From Bacteroidota bacterium (lineage in GTDB: Bacteria > Bacteroidota > Bacteroidia > Cytophagales > Cyclobacteriaceae): a stretch of 44,074 bases of DNA. The notes under the pieces are model-generated. The model was not told where the DNA came from. It searched no databases and worked only from the letters and a program-made list of their open reading frames with translations. Where the stretch lies: contig QNXU01000133.1 in NCBI GenBank assembly GCA_003973485.1, forward strand, positions 1-44,074, written 5' to 3'. Below, piece by piece: positions 18,959-28,063 of this stretch (positions within the stretch are counted from its first letter, which is position 1; every line of letters begins with the position of its first letter). Both the position numbers and the translations under genes were made by a program.

Positions 18959-20545
18959 ATGAAAAAGATCATTCATAAACCCTACCTTCTATTTGGTATA
19001 TTAATAAGTATATTTATTGGAGGATGCTATTCTGAACTTAGCAATTTGGAGCTTGGCAAGCTGCAATGGAGCCCTGAATTAGGAGTACCTTTAATTGATT
19101 CAGAATTTACTTTGACAGAGATATTAGAAGCGAATTCTAGTGATATTGAAGTTAGCCCAGATCCTGAAAGTGATGTGTTGGTAATTAGAATATCTGACGA
19201 TAGTTTATTTAGCCAATATGCTACAGATTACTTTGCATTAAGTGATCAAACGTTGAATGTCCCACCTATCATTCTAACACAAGAAGAAATAAATGAGTTT
19301 AATGCAAATGGACAGGTTACCATTTCAAGAGAAGCTATGATTGATTATCCAAATCAAGGAGACTTAGATAGAATCATAATTGACCAAGGCACTGTACAAA
19401 CTCAAGTGACAGAAAATTTTCCTGCAAATGTTAATTTAACATTGCAAATGGAAGACCCCAATAATACTCCAATTCTGAATTATAATAATTTTTTCAATTA
19501 TGACGGTTTTAACCCAATTAGTACTGATCAATCTACTGATCAATTTAATGGTTTAGAATTTACATTTAATGCTGATCCTGTTTTAAGACAAGTTTTAGCC
19601 ATTTTCGACATTACCTTGGAAAAAGTAAATGGTCAGAACCTGATTTTTGGTGCAAATAGTATTGATCTGAATATTGGAGTTGAAGATTTGGAATTTGAAG
19701 CATTATATGGTGATTTAAGCTCTCAAGATATAAGTACAGAAGAAAACACCATCCAAACAGATGCTTTTAGTCAAAGTGAAATTCTAAGCGAACTTGATTA
19801 TTATTTTGAAAACCCACAATTCAGATTAAATTTTACAAATTCAATGGGAATACCCATTAGGTTTGATGTCAATAATTTTACTACCTATAAAGATGGTACT
19901 GCATCAAATGAACCTATCAATTCATCAATAGAATTAGCTGCAGCAACGGTTGGGTCCACAACTACCTCAGGAAATAATTTCGACAATATTTTTAAAAGTA
20001 TCATTAATAATGTGCCAGATTCTGTTTCTCTACAAGTTGATGGTTTGATCGATCCTGACAATACACCCAATAATTTTGTTACAAAAGATTCCTATTTTCA
20101 AGCTGGTTATGAAGTTAATTTGCCATTAGAATTTAGTTTAGGTGGTTTTGAAATAAATGAAACAGTTTCATTAGATGGAATTGATCCACAGGAATTACAA
20201 TATGCTTTGTTTAAGTTTACTTCTGAAAATTCACTTCCTATTGATATTGATTTTAAAGCAGATCTTTTGACACAAGACAGTACAGTAGTTATGAATTTAT
20301 TTGACGGGAAGTTTTTAGCTGGAGGTACTGAAGAAGCCCCAGAAGCCATCAGTGATTTGATTAGACTTGAAGATGATCCCGAAACCAGTAACAATGAGCT
20401 CGATGATTTAGTCAATGTCAAAAGGGTTGGTATTCGGGCAACCATATCCACAACAAATAACGGTTCGGAAGTTGTGTCAATTACATCAGGGGCATCAGTC
20501 AAATTTAATTTGGCAGTTCAAGCAAAATATAATGTGAATTTTTAA
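18959..20545 (+). CDS. Uncharacterised acidic, beta-rich lipoprotein
   Basis: Signal peptide ending in IGGC; D/E/N/T-rich sequence; 528-aa ORF. Confidence 0.75.
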   Translation: MKKIIHKPYLLFGILISIFIGGCYSELSNLELGKLQWSPELGVPLIDSEFTLTEILEANSSDIEVSPDPESDVLVIRISDDSLFSQYATDYFALSDQTLNVPPIILTQEEINEFNANGQVTISREAMIDYPNQGDLDRIIIDQGTVQTQVTENFPANVNLTLQMEDPNNTPILNYNNFFNYDGFNPISTDQSTDQFNGLEFTFNADPVLRQVLAIFDITLEKVNGQNLIFGANSIDLNIGVEDLEFEALYGDLSSQDISTEENTIQTDAFSQSEILSELDYYFENPQFRLNFTNSMGIPIRFDVNNFTTYKDGTASNEPINSSIELAAATVGSTTTSGNNFDNIFKSIINNVPDSVSLQVDGLIDPDNTPNNFVTKDSYFQAGYEVNLPLEFSLGGFEINETVSLDGIDPQELQYALFKFTSENSLPIDIDFKADLLTQDSTVVMNLFDGKFLAGGTEEAPEAISDLIRLEDDPETSNNELDDLVNVKRVGIRATISTTNNGSEVVSITSGASVKFNLAVQAKYNVNF

Positions 20546-21975
20546 TGAGAGTAACTATGAAAAAAATCAACTATATCACATTAATTATTTTTATAATCTG
20601 GAATACCTCTTCAGCTGTTGCTCAATCAGATATGATTGGATATGGCTTGAATAAAACTTTACCCCAAGCCAATAATTTGAATCCTGCAATGCTGCCAGAT
20701 TATAAATTTTCTTTGGGTTTACCTGGCCTTTCAGGCTTTCATATCAATACGGGGCAAAACTTCACTAATTTAGAGTTGCTTACATCAGTGGATGAGAATG
20801 GAAACATAAACACTGGTGATATTTTTAATAAAATGAGAAGAAACAACCGTGTAACTTCAAACAATACAATTAATCTGTTTCATTTAGGGATTAGGGGATT
20901 AACTAGCTATACGGCATTTAGTGTAAATACTAAAACATTTGCAAGAGTGAGTTTGCCCAAAGAACTTTTTGCCTTTGCATTATATGGAAATGCTTCAGAT
21001 CAGTTGGATAATGGCTTATTGGATTTGAGTAGAGGGTCTGTTAAAACTATGGCATATACTGAAATTGGAATCTCTCATGGGAGGGAGATTTTGGCAGGTA
21101 AAATGACCGCTGGAATTAGACTTAAATACATTATTGGACATGCTTACGGAGACATGAATTCAATTGATGCAAGTTTAAAGACCTATGGAAATGATGATTT
21201 TAGAGGTGATTCTATAGAAATGAATGTTAATCAGTTTGATATTCGTACAGCAGGTGTAGCGGGAGGTTTAATAAATGAAAGTGACGATATAAGAGGTTCA
21301 GCTCTGTCAAATGGTGGGTTTGGTTTAGATTTAGGAGCTACTTATGAATTTAGTAAAAAGATACGTTTTTTTGCTAGCTTAAATGATTTAGGGTTTATTA
21401 ATTGGAATGAGCAACATACAAACAGGCAGACTATTCCATCATTTCAATTTAATTTTAGCGGGGCAGATGTTGTAGAATTAATAAATGGTGAAGATTTATC
21501 GGTTCTTAATGAATTTGATAGCGTAGTCTCTGATCTCGAAATTGATACAACATTGAATGAATCTTTTAGTACCTCTTTAACAGCTAAACTCTACGCAGGA
21601 GCTTCTTATCAATTAAGTAGACGACAAACCGCATCGGCTATTTTATATTCAGAATTTTATAGAGGGGCGTTAATTCCTGCTTTTACTGCCATGTACAATT
21701 TTCAGGGAGGCACATTTTTTAACTTTGCTTTTTCAGCTACTATGATGAATGGCAGAGTGAATAACTTTGGAACAGGGATAACCTTAAATTTAATTCCTTT
21801 TCAAGTGGTTTTGGCCACTAATGACTTACTATCAATCGTAAATCCAATGAAAGGAAGAGCGGTCGATTTTCGATTCGGTATAAATCATACTTTTGGTAAT
21901 GTTAATAAAGGAAAATCAAGAGCTAAAAAGAACAGTAAAAATACAATTGACACAATTGATTTAGGAATTGACTGA
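20545..21975 (+). CDS. Outer-membrane beta-barrel protein, DUF5723-like
   Basis: Signal peptide, NLNPA, YTEIGIS, GIRLKYIIG, GFGLDLGATY, SLNDLGFINW and terminal strand FRFGINHTF. Start is 20545 (TAATG overlap) or 20557. Confidence 0.7.
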   Translation: MRVTMKKINYITLIIFIIWNTSSAVAQSDMIGYGLNKTLPQANNLNPAMLPDYKFSLGLPGLSGFHINTGQNFTNLELLTSVDENGNINTGDIFNKMRRNNRVTSNNTINLFHLGIRGLTSYTAFSVNTKTFARVSLPKELFAFALYGNASDQLDNGLLDLSRGSVKTMAYTEIGISHGREILAGKMTAGIRLKYIIGHAYGDMNSIDASLKTYGNDDFRGDSIEMNVNQFDIRTAGVAGGLINESDDIRGSALSNGGFGLDLGATYEFSKKIRFFASLNDLGFINWNEQHTNRQTIPSFQFNFSGADVVELINGEDLSVLNEFDSVVSDLEIDTTLNESFSTSLTAKLYAGASYQLSRRQTASAILYSEFYRGALIPAFTAMYNFQGGTFFNFAFSATMMNGRVNNFGTGITLNLIPFQVVLATNDLLSIVNPMKGRAVDFRFGINHTFGNVNKGKSRAKKNSKNTIDTIDLGID

Positions 21976-22052
21976 TTTTTCAAAAAAAATCCCCTATTTT
22001 GAAGAAAATTTTAAATTAAAATATTTTTGAAATCTAAATATTCAAATTATTA

Positions 22053-22661
22053 ATGATAGATAACATAAACGAAAACAAGATGGATTTAAACGTAAATTTC
22101 ATCAAATCGGTATTGAGCCTTTTTTCTGAAATGCAAGGGAATGGAATCTCATTGGTTTATTTAGGGGAATTCAATCATGAAATTACAAAAATGTTTACTT
22201 CCATGGCAGAGTCTGACATGGAAAGAAAAAAAGAAGACAGATATGTGAAGAAGAGGGTTTATCATGTAATGGTTGAAACGCTTCAAAACATGAATAAACA
22301 CTCAGATGAAATTACCGATGCTCAAATTGGTAATGGATTATTTGTGATAGGTAATAAAGAGGATATTTACTATGTCATTACAAGTAATAAAGTGGCTAGA
22401 GATAAGGTAGATGATCTTAGATCTGCTATTGATGAAGTAAATGCTGCTAGTGCCGATGAATTGAAGAAAATGTATATGCAACAAATCAAACATGGAAAGC
22501 TTTCAGATAAAGGAGGAGCTGGACTTGGGTTGATTGATATTGCTAGAAAAACTGGTGAGAAATTAGTCTATAAATTTTTACCAATTGATGAGGAGTTTGA
22601 TCTTTTCATTTTGAAGGTTGAAATAAATGGAGATAAAATTAAAGATGTAAAGAGTAAATAA
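22053..22661 (+). CDS. SiaB family protein kinase (DUF6272-like, GHKL-related)
   Basis: LVYLGEF, VYHVMVETLQNM..H, and GGAGLGLIDIARK. A TATTTTTG element lies at 22022-22029. Start may be ATG 22080. Confidence 0.8.
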   Translation: MIDNINENKMDLNVNFIKSVLSLFSEMQGNGISLVYLGEFNHEITKMFTSMAESDMERKKEDRYVKKRVYHVMVETLQNMNKHSDEITDAQIGNGLFVIGNKEDIYYVITSNKVARDKVDDLRSAIDEVNAASADELKKMYMQQIKHGKLSDKGGAGLGLIDIARKTGEKLVYKFLPIDEEFDLFILKVEINGDKIKDVKSK

Positions 22662-22683
22662 TCATTTAATTTATAAATTATTC

Positions 22684-22715
22684 AAAGCCTTTTCATTATT
22701 GAGAAGGCTTTTTTT
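22684..22715 (+). terminator. Intrinsic terminator after the SiaB-like gene
   Basis: AAAGCCTTTTCA / TGAGAAGGCTTT stem followed by a T tract. Confidence 0.8.
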
Positions 22716-22762
22716 GTGCTTATCAATCTGGCAAATACCAATTATTCTCAGCTATTATATAT

Positions 22763-22770
22763 TATATTTG
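22763..22770 (+). promoter_or_regulatory. -7 element for purKE
   Basis: TATATTTG(C), 25 nt before the purK ATG. Confidence 0.6.
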
Positions 22771-22795
22771 CCATTCGATTAATCAAATTGAGCTT

Positions 22796-23932
22796 ATGAG
22801 TTTTAATACAGATTTAAAGATTGGAGTATTAGGAGGTGGTCAGTTGGGTAGAATGTTGATTCAAAGTGCTATCAATATTAATATAGATTTAAGAATGATG
22901 GATCTTGATCCTAATGCCCCTTGTGCTAAACTAGTTTCAGATTTTACAGTGGGGGATTTGGAAGATTTCAATGCTGTTTACGAATTTGGAAAACAATGTG
23001 ATATTCTGACTATTGAAATTGAAAAGGTCAATATTGAAGCAATGAAAAAGTTGCAATCTGAGGGAGTAAAAGTTTATCCTCAGCCTGAAATAATTGAGAT
23101 GATTCAGGATAAAAGAGTTCAGAAGCAATTTTATAAGGATAATAATATTCCTACAGCACCTTTTGTATTAACTGAAACAAGAGCTGACTTAGAGAAATTA
23201 GTTGATAAATTTCCAGCAGTGCACAAAATTGGTAAAGGTGGGTATGATGGCAGAGGAGTACAAATTATAAAATCAAAAGAGGATATAAATAAAGGTTTTG
23301 ATGCGCCTTCATTATTAGAAGATTTTGTGCCTTTTAAGAAAGAATTAGCAGTTATAGTAAGTCGAAATGAAAATGGAGAAGTGAATACATTTCCAGTGGT
23401 GGAAATGGTTTTTCATCCTGAACATAATTTGGTGGAGTATTTACTTTCTCCAGCTATCATTGAAAAATCTGAAGAAGAAAAAGCAAAGAAGGTAGCAATT
23501 GATATTATTCAGAAACTGGAAATGGTAGGGATTCTTGCAGTTGAAATGTTTTTGACTAAAGAGAATGAAATAGTGGTTAATGAGATAGCTCCTAGACCTC
23601 ACAACAGTGGTCATCAAAGCATTGAAGGTAATTTTGTTTCTCAATATGACCAGCACTTAAGAGCTATTCTTAACCTTCCCCTAGGTAATACTTCAACTAA
23701 AATTAGTTCAGCCATGGTGAATATTTTGGGTGAAGACGGATTTACTGGTGATGCCAAATATGAAGGAATGGAAGAAGTAATGAGGATATCTGGTGCTGCT
23801 GTTCATTTATATGGCAAAAAGCTAACAAAGCCATTTAGAAAAATGGGACATGTTACCATAACCGATCCCAGTTTAACATCACTGAAAAGAAAGATTGAGA
23901 AAGTTAAATCCACATTAAAAGTAAAAGCATGA
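22796..23932 (+). CDS. purK: N5-carboxyaminoimidazole ribonucleotide synthase
   Basis: GGGQLGRM, GYDGRG, NEIAPRPHNSGH, RKMGH. Confidence 0.97.
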   Translation: MSFNTDLKIGVLGGGQLGRMLIQSAININIDLRMMDLDPNAPCAKLVSDFTVGDLEDFNAVYEFGKQCDILTIEIEKVNIEAMKKLQSEGVKVYPQPEIIEMIQDKRVQKQFYKDNNIPTAPFVLTETRADLEKLVDKFPAVHKIGKGGYDGRGVQIIKSKEDINKGFDAPSLLEDFVPFKKELAVIVSRNENGEVNTFPVVEMVFHPEHNLVEYLLSPAIIEKSEEEKAKKVAIDIIQKLEMVGILAVEMFLTKENEIVVNEIAPRPHNSGHQSIEGNFVSQYDQHLRAILNLPLGNTSTKISSAMVNILGEDGFTGDAKYEGMEEVMRISGAAVHLYGKKLTKPFRKMGHVTITDPSLTSLKRKIEKVKSTLKVKA

Positions 23933-24450
23933 GTAAAGGTAAAGTAGCTATAATAATGGGCAGTCAATCAGACCTAAAGGTCATGAGTGAGGCTGCTAAA
24001 ATATTAGAAGAGTTAAAGGTTGATTTTGAATTGACCATAGTTTCTGCACACAGAACTCCAGAAAGAATGATGGATTTTGCCCATTCGGCTAGGAAGAAGG
24101 GTTTTCATGCTATAATAGCTGGTGCTGGCGGTGCTGCTCATCTACCAGGAATGGTAGCGGCTTATACTACTCTTCCGGTTATAGGCGTTCCTGTAAAATC
24201 AAGTAATTCAATTGATGGTTGGGATTCTGTTTTGTCAATTTTACAAATGCCAGGTGGTGTGCCTGTTGCCACCGTGGCTTTAGATGGCGCCAAAAATGCA
24301 GGTATTTTAGCAGCTCAAATTATTTCAAATTTTGATGCTGAGGTAGCTAAAAACTTAGAAAATTATAAAAAGGAAATGAAAGATAAAGTATTGAAAACTG
24401 CTGAGGAAGTAGAAACTAAGGGTTGGAAATCAGGAAAAGTAGGATTTTGA
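23929..24450 (+). CDS. purE: N5-CAIR mutase
   Basis: IMGSQSD, SAHRTP, GAGGAAHLPG; ATGA overlap with purK. Confidence 0.98.
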   Translation: MSKGKVAIIMGSQSDLKVMSEAAKILEELKVDFELTIVSAHRTPERMMDFAHSARKKGFHAIIAGAGGAAHLPGMVAAYTTLPVIGVPVKSSNSIDGWDSVLSILQMPGGVPVATVALDGAKNAGILAAQIISNFDAEVAKNLENYKKEMKDKVLKTAEEVETKGWKSGKVGF

Positions 24451-26565
24451 TCATGTATCTAAAAAAGGAAAATATAGAGTGAATTCACTATATTTTCCAA
24501 CTTCAGTGTCTAGGGTGATTTTACCATTTAATCTATCTACTAAAGTTTTTACAATCGCCAATCCTAATCCATTTGAACTCTCTCCTCCTGTTGGTTTGGC
24601 ACTTAATTTTTTGAATTTCATAAATAAGCTGTTCTTATCTTCTTCTGTAAAGCCAGGGCCAAAATCCTTTATGCTAATCCAATAATTGCTCTTATTAATG
24701 CCTGCTCTTAAAGTAATCTCAGATTCTAAATCGGAAAATTTAACTGCATTGGAGACTAAATTTTCCAATATTCTATTAAGATAATTTTTATTAGTTCTTA
24801 TTTGAAGTCCGGGTTCAGCTTCTATCTTACATTCGATTTGTTTATTTGTTAATTCAACTACAAAATTCGATAGAGTGTCCTCTAAAAGTTTTTTGAGGTC
24901 CAGGGTTTCTGTTGTGAGTTCCTCTTTTTCCGCTGACATCGAGTTCACATCTAATAAGTCGTTTATTAAATAAGCTCCATGTTTAGCATTGTTTCTAATC
25001 ATCTCAACATATTGACTTTGCTCTTCATTTAAGCCAGATAACCTTAATAGCTCAGTTAATCCTTTTATTCGATGAAACGGTGCTTTCATATCGTGGGCTA
25101 CCAAGCTCAATAAGGAATCTTTTTCATTATTTAAGTCATCTAATTCTTTATTTTGAATTATGAGTTCATCATTTTGAGTTTTTATCTCTTTATTTTTTAG
25201 TGTTATATTTTTTTGTTGTTCTTCAATTTTATTGTTCTTCAGCTGCAAAATTTTATTGTGCTGCCTTCTTCTATTAGCAGTGATCCAAATGATAATCAAA
25301 AGAATAATAGCTAATACTATTGTTGCCGTTAAGGCTATGTTAAAAGCCTTTTGTTTCTGAATGACCTGTTTATAGGTTTCTTCATTTTTTTTCAATAGCT
25401 GATTCTCAGTTTCTTTAACATCTAATTCTAATCTGGCTTCTAACCTTTCTATTTCTCGAGCTGTATTTACATTTTCAGTTTTTTCTTTTAATGCATGATA
25501 TTTCTTGAAATATTCAAAGGCTATTTCGGTTTCACCCTTTTTTTCAAAGATCTTTGAAAGAAAATAATAAGAGTCTTGCTCGAACGTAATGTCATTATTT
25601 GTTGCTAATTCGCTAACTTTTATAAAGTAATTCTTCGCTTGATTATATTCGTTCCTATAAAAATGAATTTCACCTAGGAGTGAATAAACTTGTATAATGA
25701 GATTCACATTGTTTGCCTTAGATGCAAAATCGAGTGCTTCAGAGGCATTTGTTAAGGCAATTTTTAATTGACCTCTTTTTGTATTCATTTTAGCTATTGA
25801 CAATTTTATAATAGCTAGATTCGCTTCGTCATTTATTTTAGAGGCAACTTCATAAGCTTGTGTAAAGTATTTTAAGCTATTGTTATAATTCTCCATTTGG
25901 CCATATATCCCAGCTATTTCTAAATAAATGGAAATTATTCCTGAGGGATCATCAAAAGTTTTTCTTATTTCAGCAGTTTTTAAAGACATTTCTAATGCCT
26001 TTTTAAGATTGTTTTGAGATTGATAGAGTTCGGCCAAACTTTTATATCCATAACTTAAAGAGACGGAGTCATTAATTTCTTTGAATACTTCCAGTGCTCG
26101 GAAGAAATTATCATAAGCAGAAACATAATTTCCTTGGTTAAAAAATAGTCGGCCTATGTTATTGAGGGAATAACCATATTGCAAAGAATCGCCATACAAC
26201 AATGCGGAGTCTTTTGCTTGCTGATAGAGATCAAATGCTTTTAGATTTTCGCCTTTATAAAAATGACCTACACCTTTAAAGTTTAAGGATTTTACAATCT
26301 GACCAACTAATTCGGGGCTATTTTTTGATAACTCTATGGCTTTCTGACTATAAAAAACAGTGCTATCAGGGAAAGACTTTCTATATTCCCAAGCAACTTG
26401 ATTATAGGTTTCAATTTTTTCCGATGGTCTTGAATTACTTAAGTTGCTTTTTAGGCTGTCTATTACGGTTCTGTTTTGTGCCATTAAGGTGCATGGCATC
26501 AAAAAAATGATCAGATATAATAATATGCTAAACTTAAGTTTCACAATTCTTGAATGTTTTTGCAA
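24451..26565 (-). CDS. TPR-sensor histidine kinase
   Basis: Signal-like N-terminus, TPRs, TM helix and coiled coil; H-box AHDMKAP, N-box NLVSNAVKF, DFGPG and GLGL. Start uncertain (TTG 26565 or GTG 26544). Confidence 0.9.
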   Translation of the reverse strand: MQKHSRIVKLKFSILLYLIIFLMPCTLMAQNRTVIDSLKSNLSNSRPSEKIETYNQVAWEYRKSFPDSTVFYSQKAIELSKNSPELVGQIVKSLNFKGVGHFYKGENLKAFDLYQQAKDSALLYGDSLQYGYSLNNIGRLFFNQGNYVSAYDNFFRALEVFKEINDSVSLSYGYKSLAELYQSQNNLKKALEMSLKTAEIRKTFDDPSGIISIYLEIAGIYGQMENYNNSLKYFTQAYEVASKINDEANLAIIKLSIAKMNTKRGQLKIALTNASEALDFASKANNVNLIIQVYSLLGEIHFYRNEYNQAKNYFIKVSELATNNDITFEQDSYYFLSKIFEKKGETEIAFEYFKKYHALKEKTENVNTAREIERLEARLELDVKETENQLLKKNEETYKQVIQKQKAFNIALTATIVLAIILLIIIWITANRRRQHNKILQLKNNKIEEQQKNITLKNKEIKTQNDELIIQNKELDDLNNEKDSLLSLVAHDMKAPFHRIKGLTELLRLSGLNEEQSQYVEMIRNNAKHGAYLINDLLDVNSMSAEKEELTTETLDLKKLLEDTLSNFVVELTNKQIECKIEAEPGLQIRTNKNYLNRILENLVSNAVKFSDLESEITLRAGINKSNYWISIKDFGPGFTEEDKNSLFMKFKKLSAKPTGGESSNGLGLAIVKTLVDRLNGKITLDTEVGKYSEFTLYFPFLDT

Positions 26566-26650
26566 TTTATAGTATTTCAGCTATATAAATGCAATATGAT
26601 TTATTCTAATTACTAAATTTATGAATTAAGCACAATTAAATTTAATATAA

Positions 26651-27220
26651 ATGTCATCTCATCATATTATTAGAGACGAACAGGAGCCTCCAGTTTTGAT
26701 TTTCCAATTAAATGATAATTGGGAAGCGCTGTCGGAAATTTTAGGCTGGTTTCCGATTCTAATTATAGCCCCTTCTTTAAAAGAAACCTTTGAATTGAAA
26801 CAAACTAAAATTGACGGTTTTTTACATAAAGATGAAGAATTAGCAAAGCCTAATAAGCATGACTTAATTTATGATTATAGCCATTTGCATAATGATTTAT
26901 TAAGATGGATTGAGGAAAGAAATTGTACGGCAATTAATATTTTTTGTGATTTTAATATCACTAACAACTTATTTAATCAATTTAAAGATAGGGATTTAAG
27001 TATTCCAATAATATTTTTTACCGAGAAGGGTAAATACATTATGAAGCCAAATTCAAGTTTTAAAAAATGGTATCCAGAAGGATTTAAAATGGATATCATT
27101 AATGACGATATCAAAAGGACTGAAAATTTAATTGAACTTGAAAATGGATTTCAAGTTGAAAAGGAAGGTTTTGTAAAAGTAGAGATTGAGGGGAATTTAA
27201 TTTTATTAAAAGAGAGATGA
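26651..27220 (+). CDS. Divergent thiamine pyrophosphokinase-like protein
   Basis: The N-terminus MSSHHIIRDEQEP is typical of the Bacteroidota TPK family, and FKKWY is present near the C-terminus. Catalytic acidic motifs are not evident. Confidence 0.55.
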   Translation: MSSHHIIRDEQEPPVLIFQLNDNWEALSEILGWFPILIIAPSLKETFELKQTKIDGFLHKDEELAKPNKHDLIYDYSHLHNDLLRWIEERNCTAINIFCDFNITNNLFNQFKDRDLSIPIIFFTEKGKYIMKPNSSFKKWYPEGFKMDIINDDIKRTENLIELENGFQVEKEGFVKVEIEGNLILLKER

Positions 27221-27240
27221 GGTAGACTCAACCTCATCTC
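27214..27240. terminator. Hairpin between convergent genes
   Basis: GAGATGAGGT / ACCTCATCTC, a perfect 10-bp stem with a 7-nt loop overlapping the TGA; no clear T tract. Confidence 0.55.
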
Positions 27241-27247
27241 GACCTAA

Positions 27248-28018
27248 TTACCCATAAATTTCATTTAAAAGCCCGGCTAATCTTATGCCTGCTTTCTTCA
27301 GTTGAGTTTGAACAGTTCCCCAATTTTTATAGCTGTATTCATATCCTAAATACATATCTTCTGGTAATTCATATACTTGATTTCTTAAATCCATAGCTTC
27401 TTTGTACCAATCATCTATAGTGCTATTTTGGAGGGTTTTAATTTCTTCCTTTGTGGTGATGTTTACAACATCTGCCAATTCAGTATAGCTGAATGCTTTG
27501 GAATCAATCATTTCGCTATCCCATACTCTGTGAAGATTTGAGTTTTGACCAAACCATTTTAGTCTTACAGCATTTCCTCCCATGTCATCTCTTCCACCAA
27601 CATGACATGGCTGGTGGATATCACCTACCAAATGAATCAACATTTTAAGTTTTTCTTGCTCACTTTTCGCATCAAGTTCTCCTGACTTTAATTCTTTAGT
27701 GATTTTTTCAATCATCATAATGATATCACCATCAGGATTTTTTTCGCTTTCTTCATAAGTCATTCCATCAGGAATGGTAACATAGTGCCAAGGTTTAGCA
27801 TAATCCCAACTGTCATCTGATTTAATATTATCCATCCAAACACTAGCTACAGCTAATGATTCTCTATTTAAAATTTCACTTACCTTTTTCTCTACTTTCC
27901 TTTTTAAATAGAATGAAGCTACTTCTCCAACTACTCTATGGCCAGTTTGTCCCCACGCAATAGCTTGAGAAATGCTGAAAATGCTTAAAATAAAAATGCT
28001 TATTACTCTAATCTTCAT
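27248..28018 (-). CDS. S1/P1 nuclease (secreted)
   Basis: Signal peptide followed by WGQTGH, WMD, WHY, HLVGDIHQPCH and NLHRVWD. Confidence 0.94.
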   Translation of the reverse strand: MKIRVISIFILSIFSISQAIAWGQTGHRVVGEVASFYLKRKVEKKVSEILNRESLAVASVWMDNIKSDDSWDYAKPWHYVTIPDGMTYEESEKNPDGDIIMMIEKITKELKSGELDAKSEQEKLKMLIHLVGDIHQPCHVGGRDDMGGNAVRLKWFGQNSNLHRVWDSEMIDSKAFSYTELADVVNITTKEEIKTLQNSTIDDWYKEAMDLRNQVYELPEDMYLGYEYSYKNWGTVQTQLKKAGIRLAGLLNEIYG

Positions 28019-28063
28019 ATTATTAAATTTTTGTAAAGATAGTTATTTAGTATTACTGAAAGG

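Noticed and set aside
22716-22795. Purine riboswitch before purK
   Set aside because: The -7 element is only 25 nt from the ATG, leaving no room for an aptamer.
24445-24456. purE and kinase stop codons abut with no terminator (TGATCA)
   Set aside because: Tight convergent packing is common, and there is no further evidence of antisense control.
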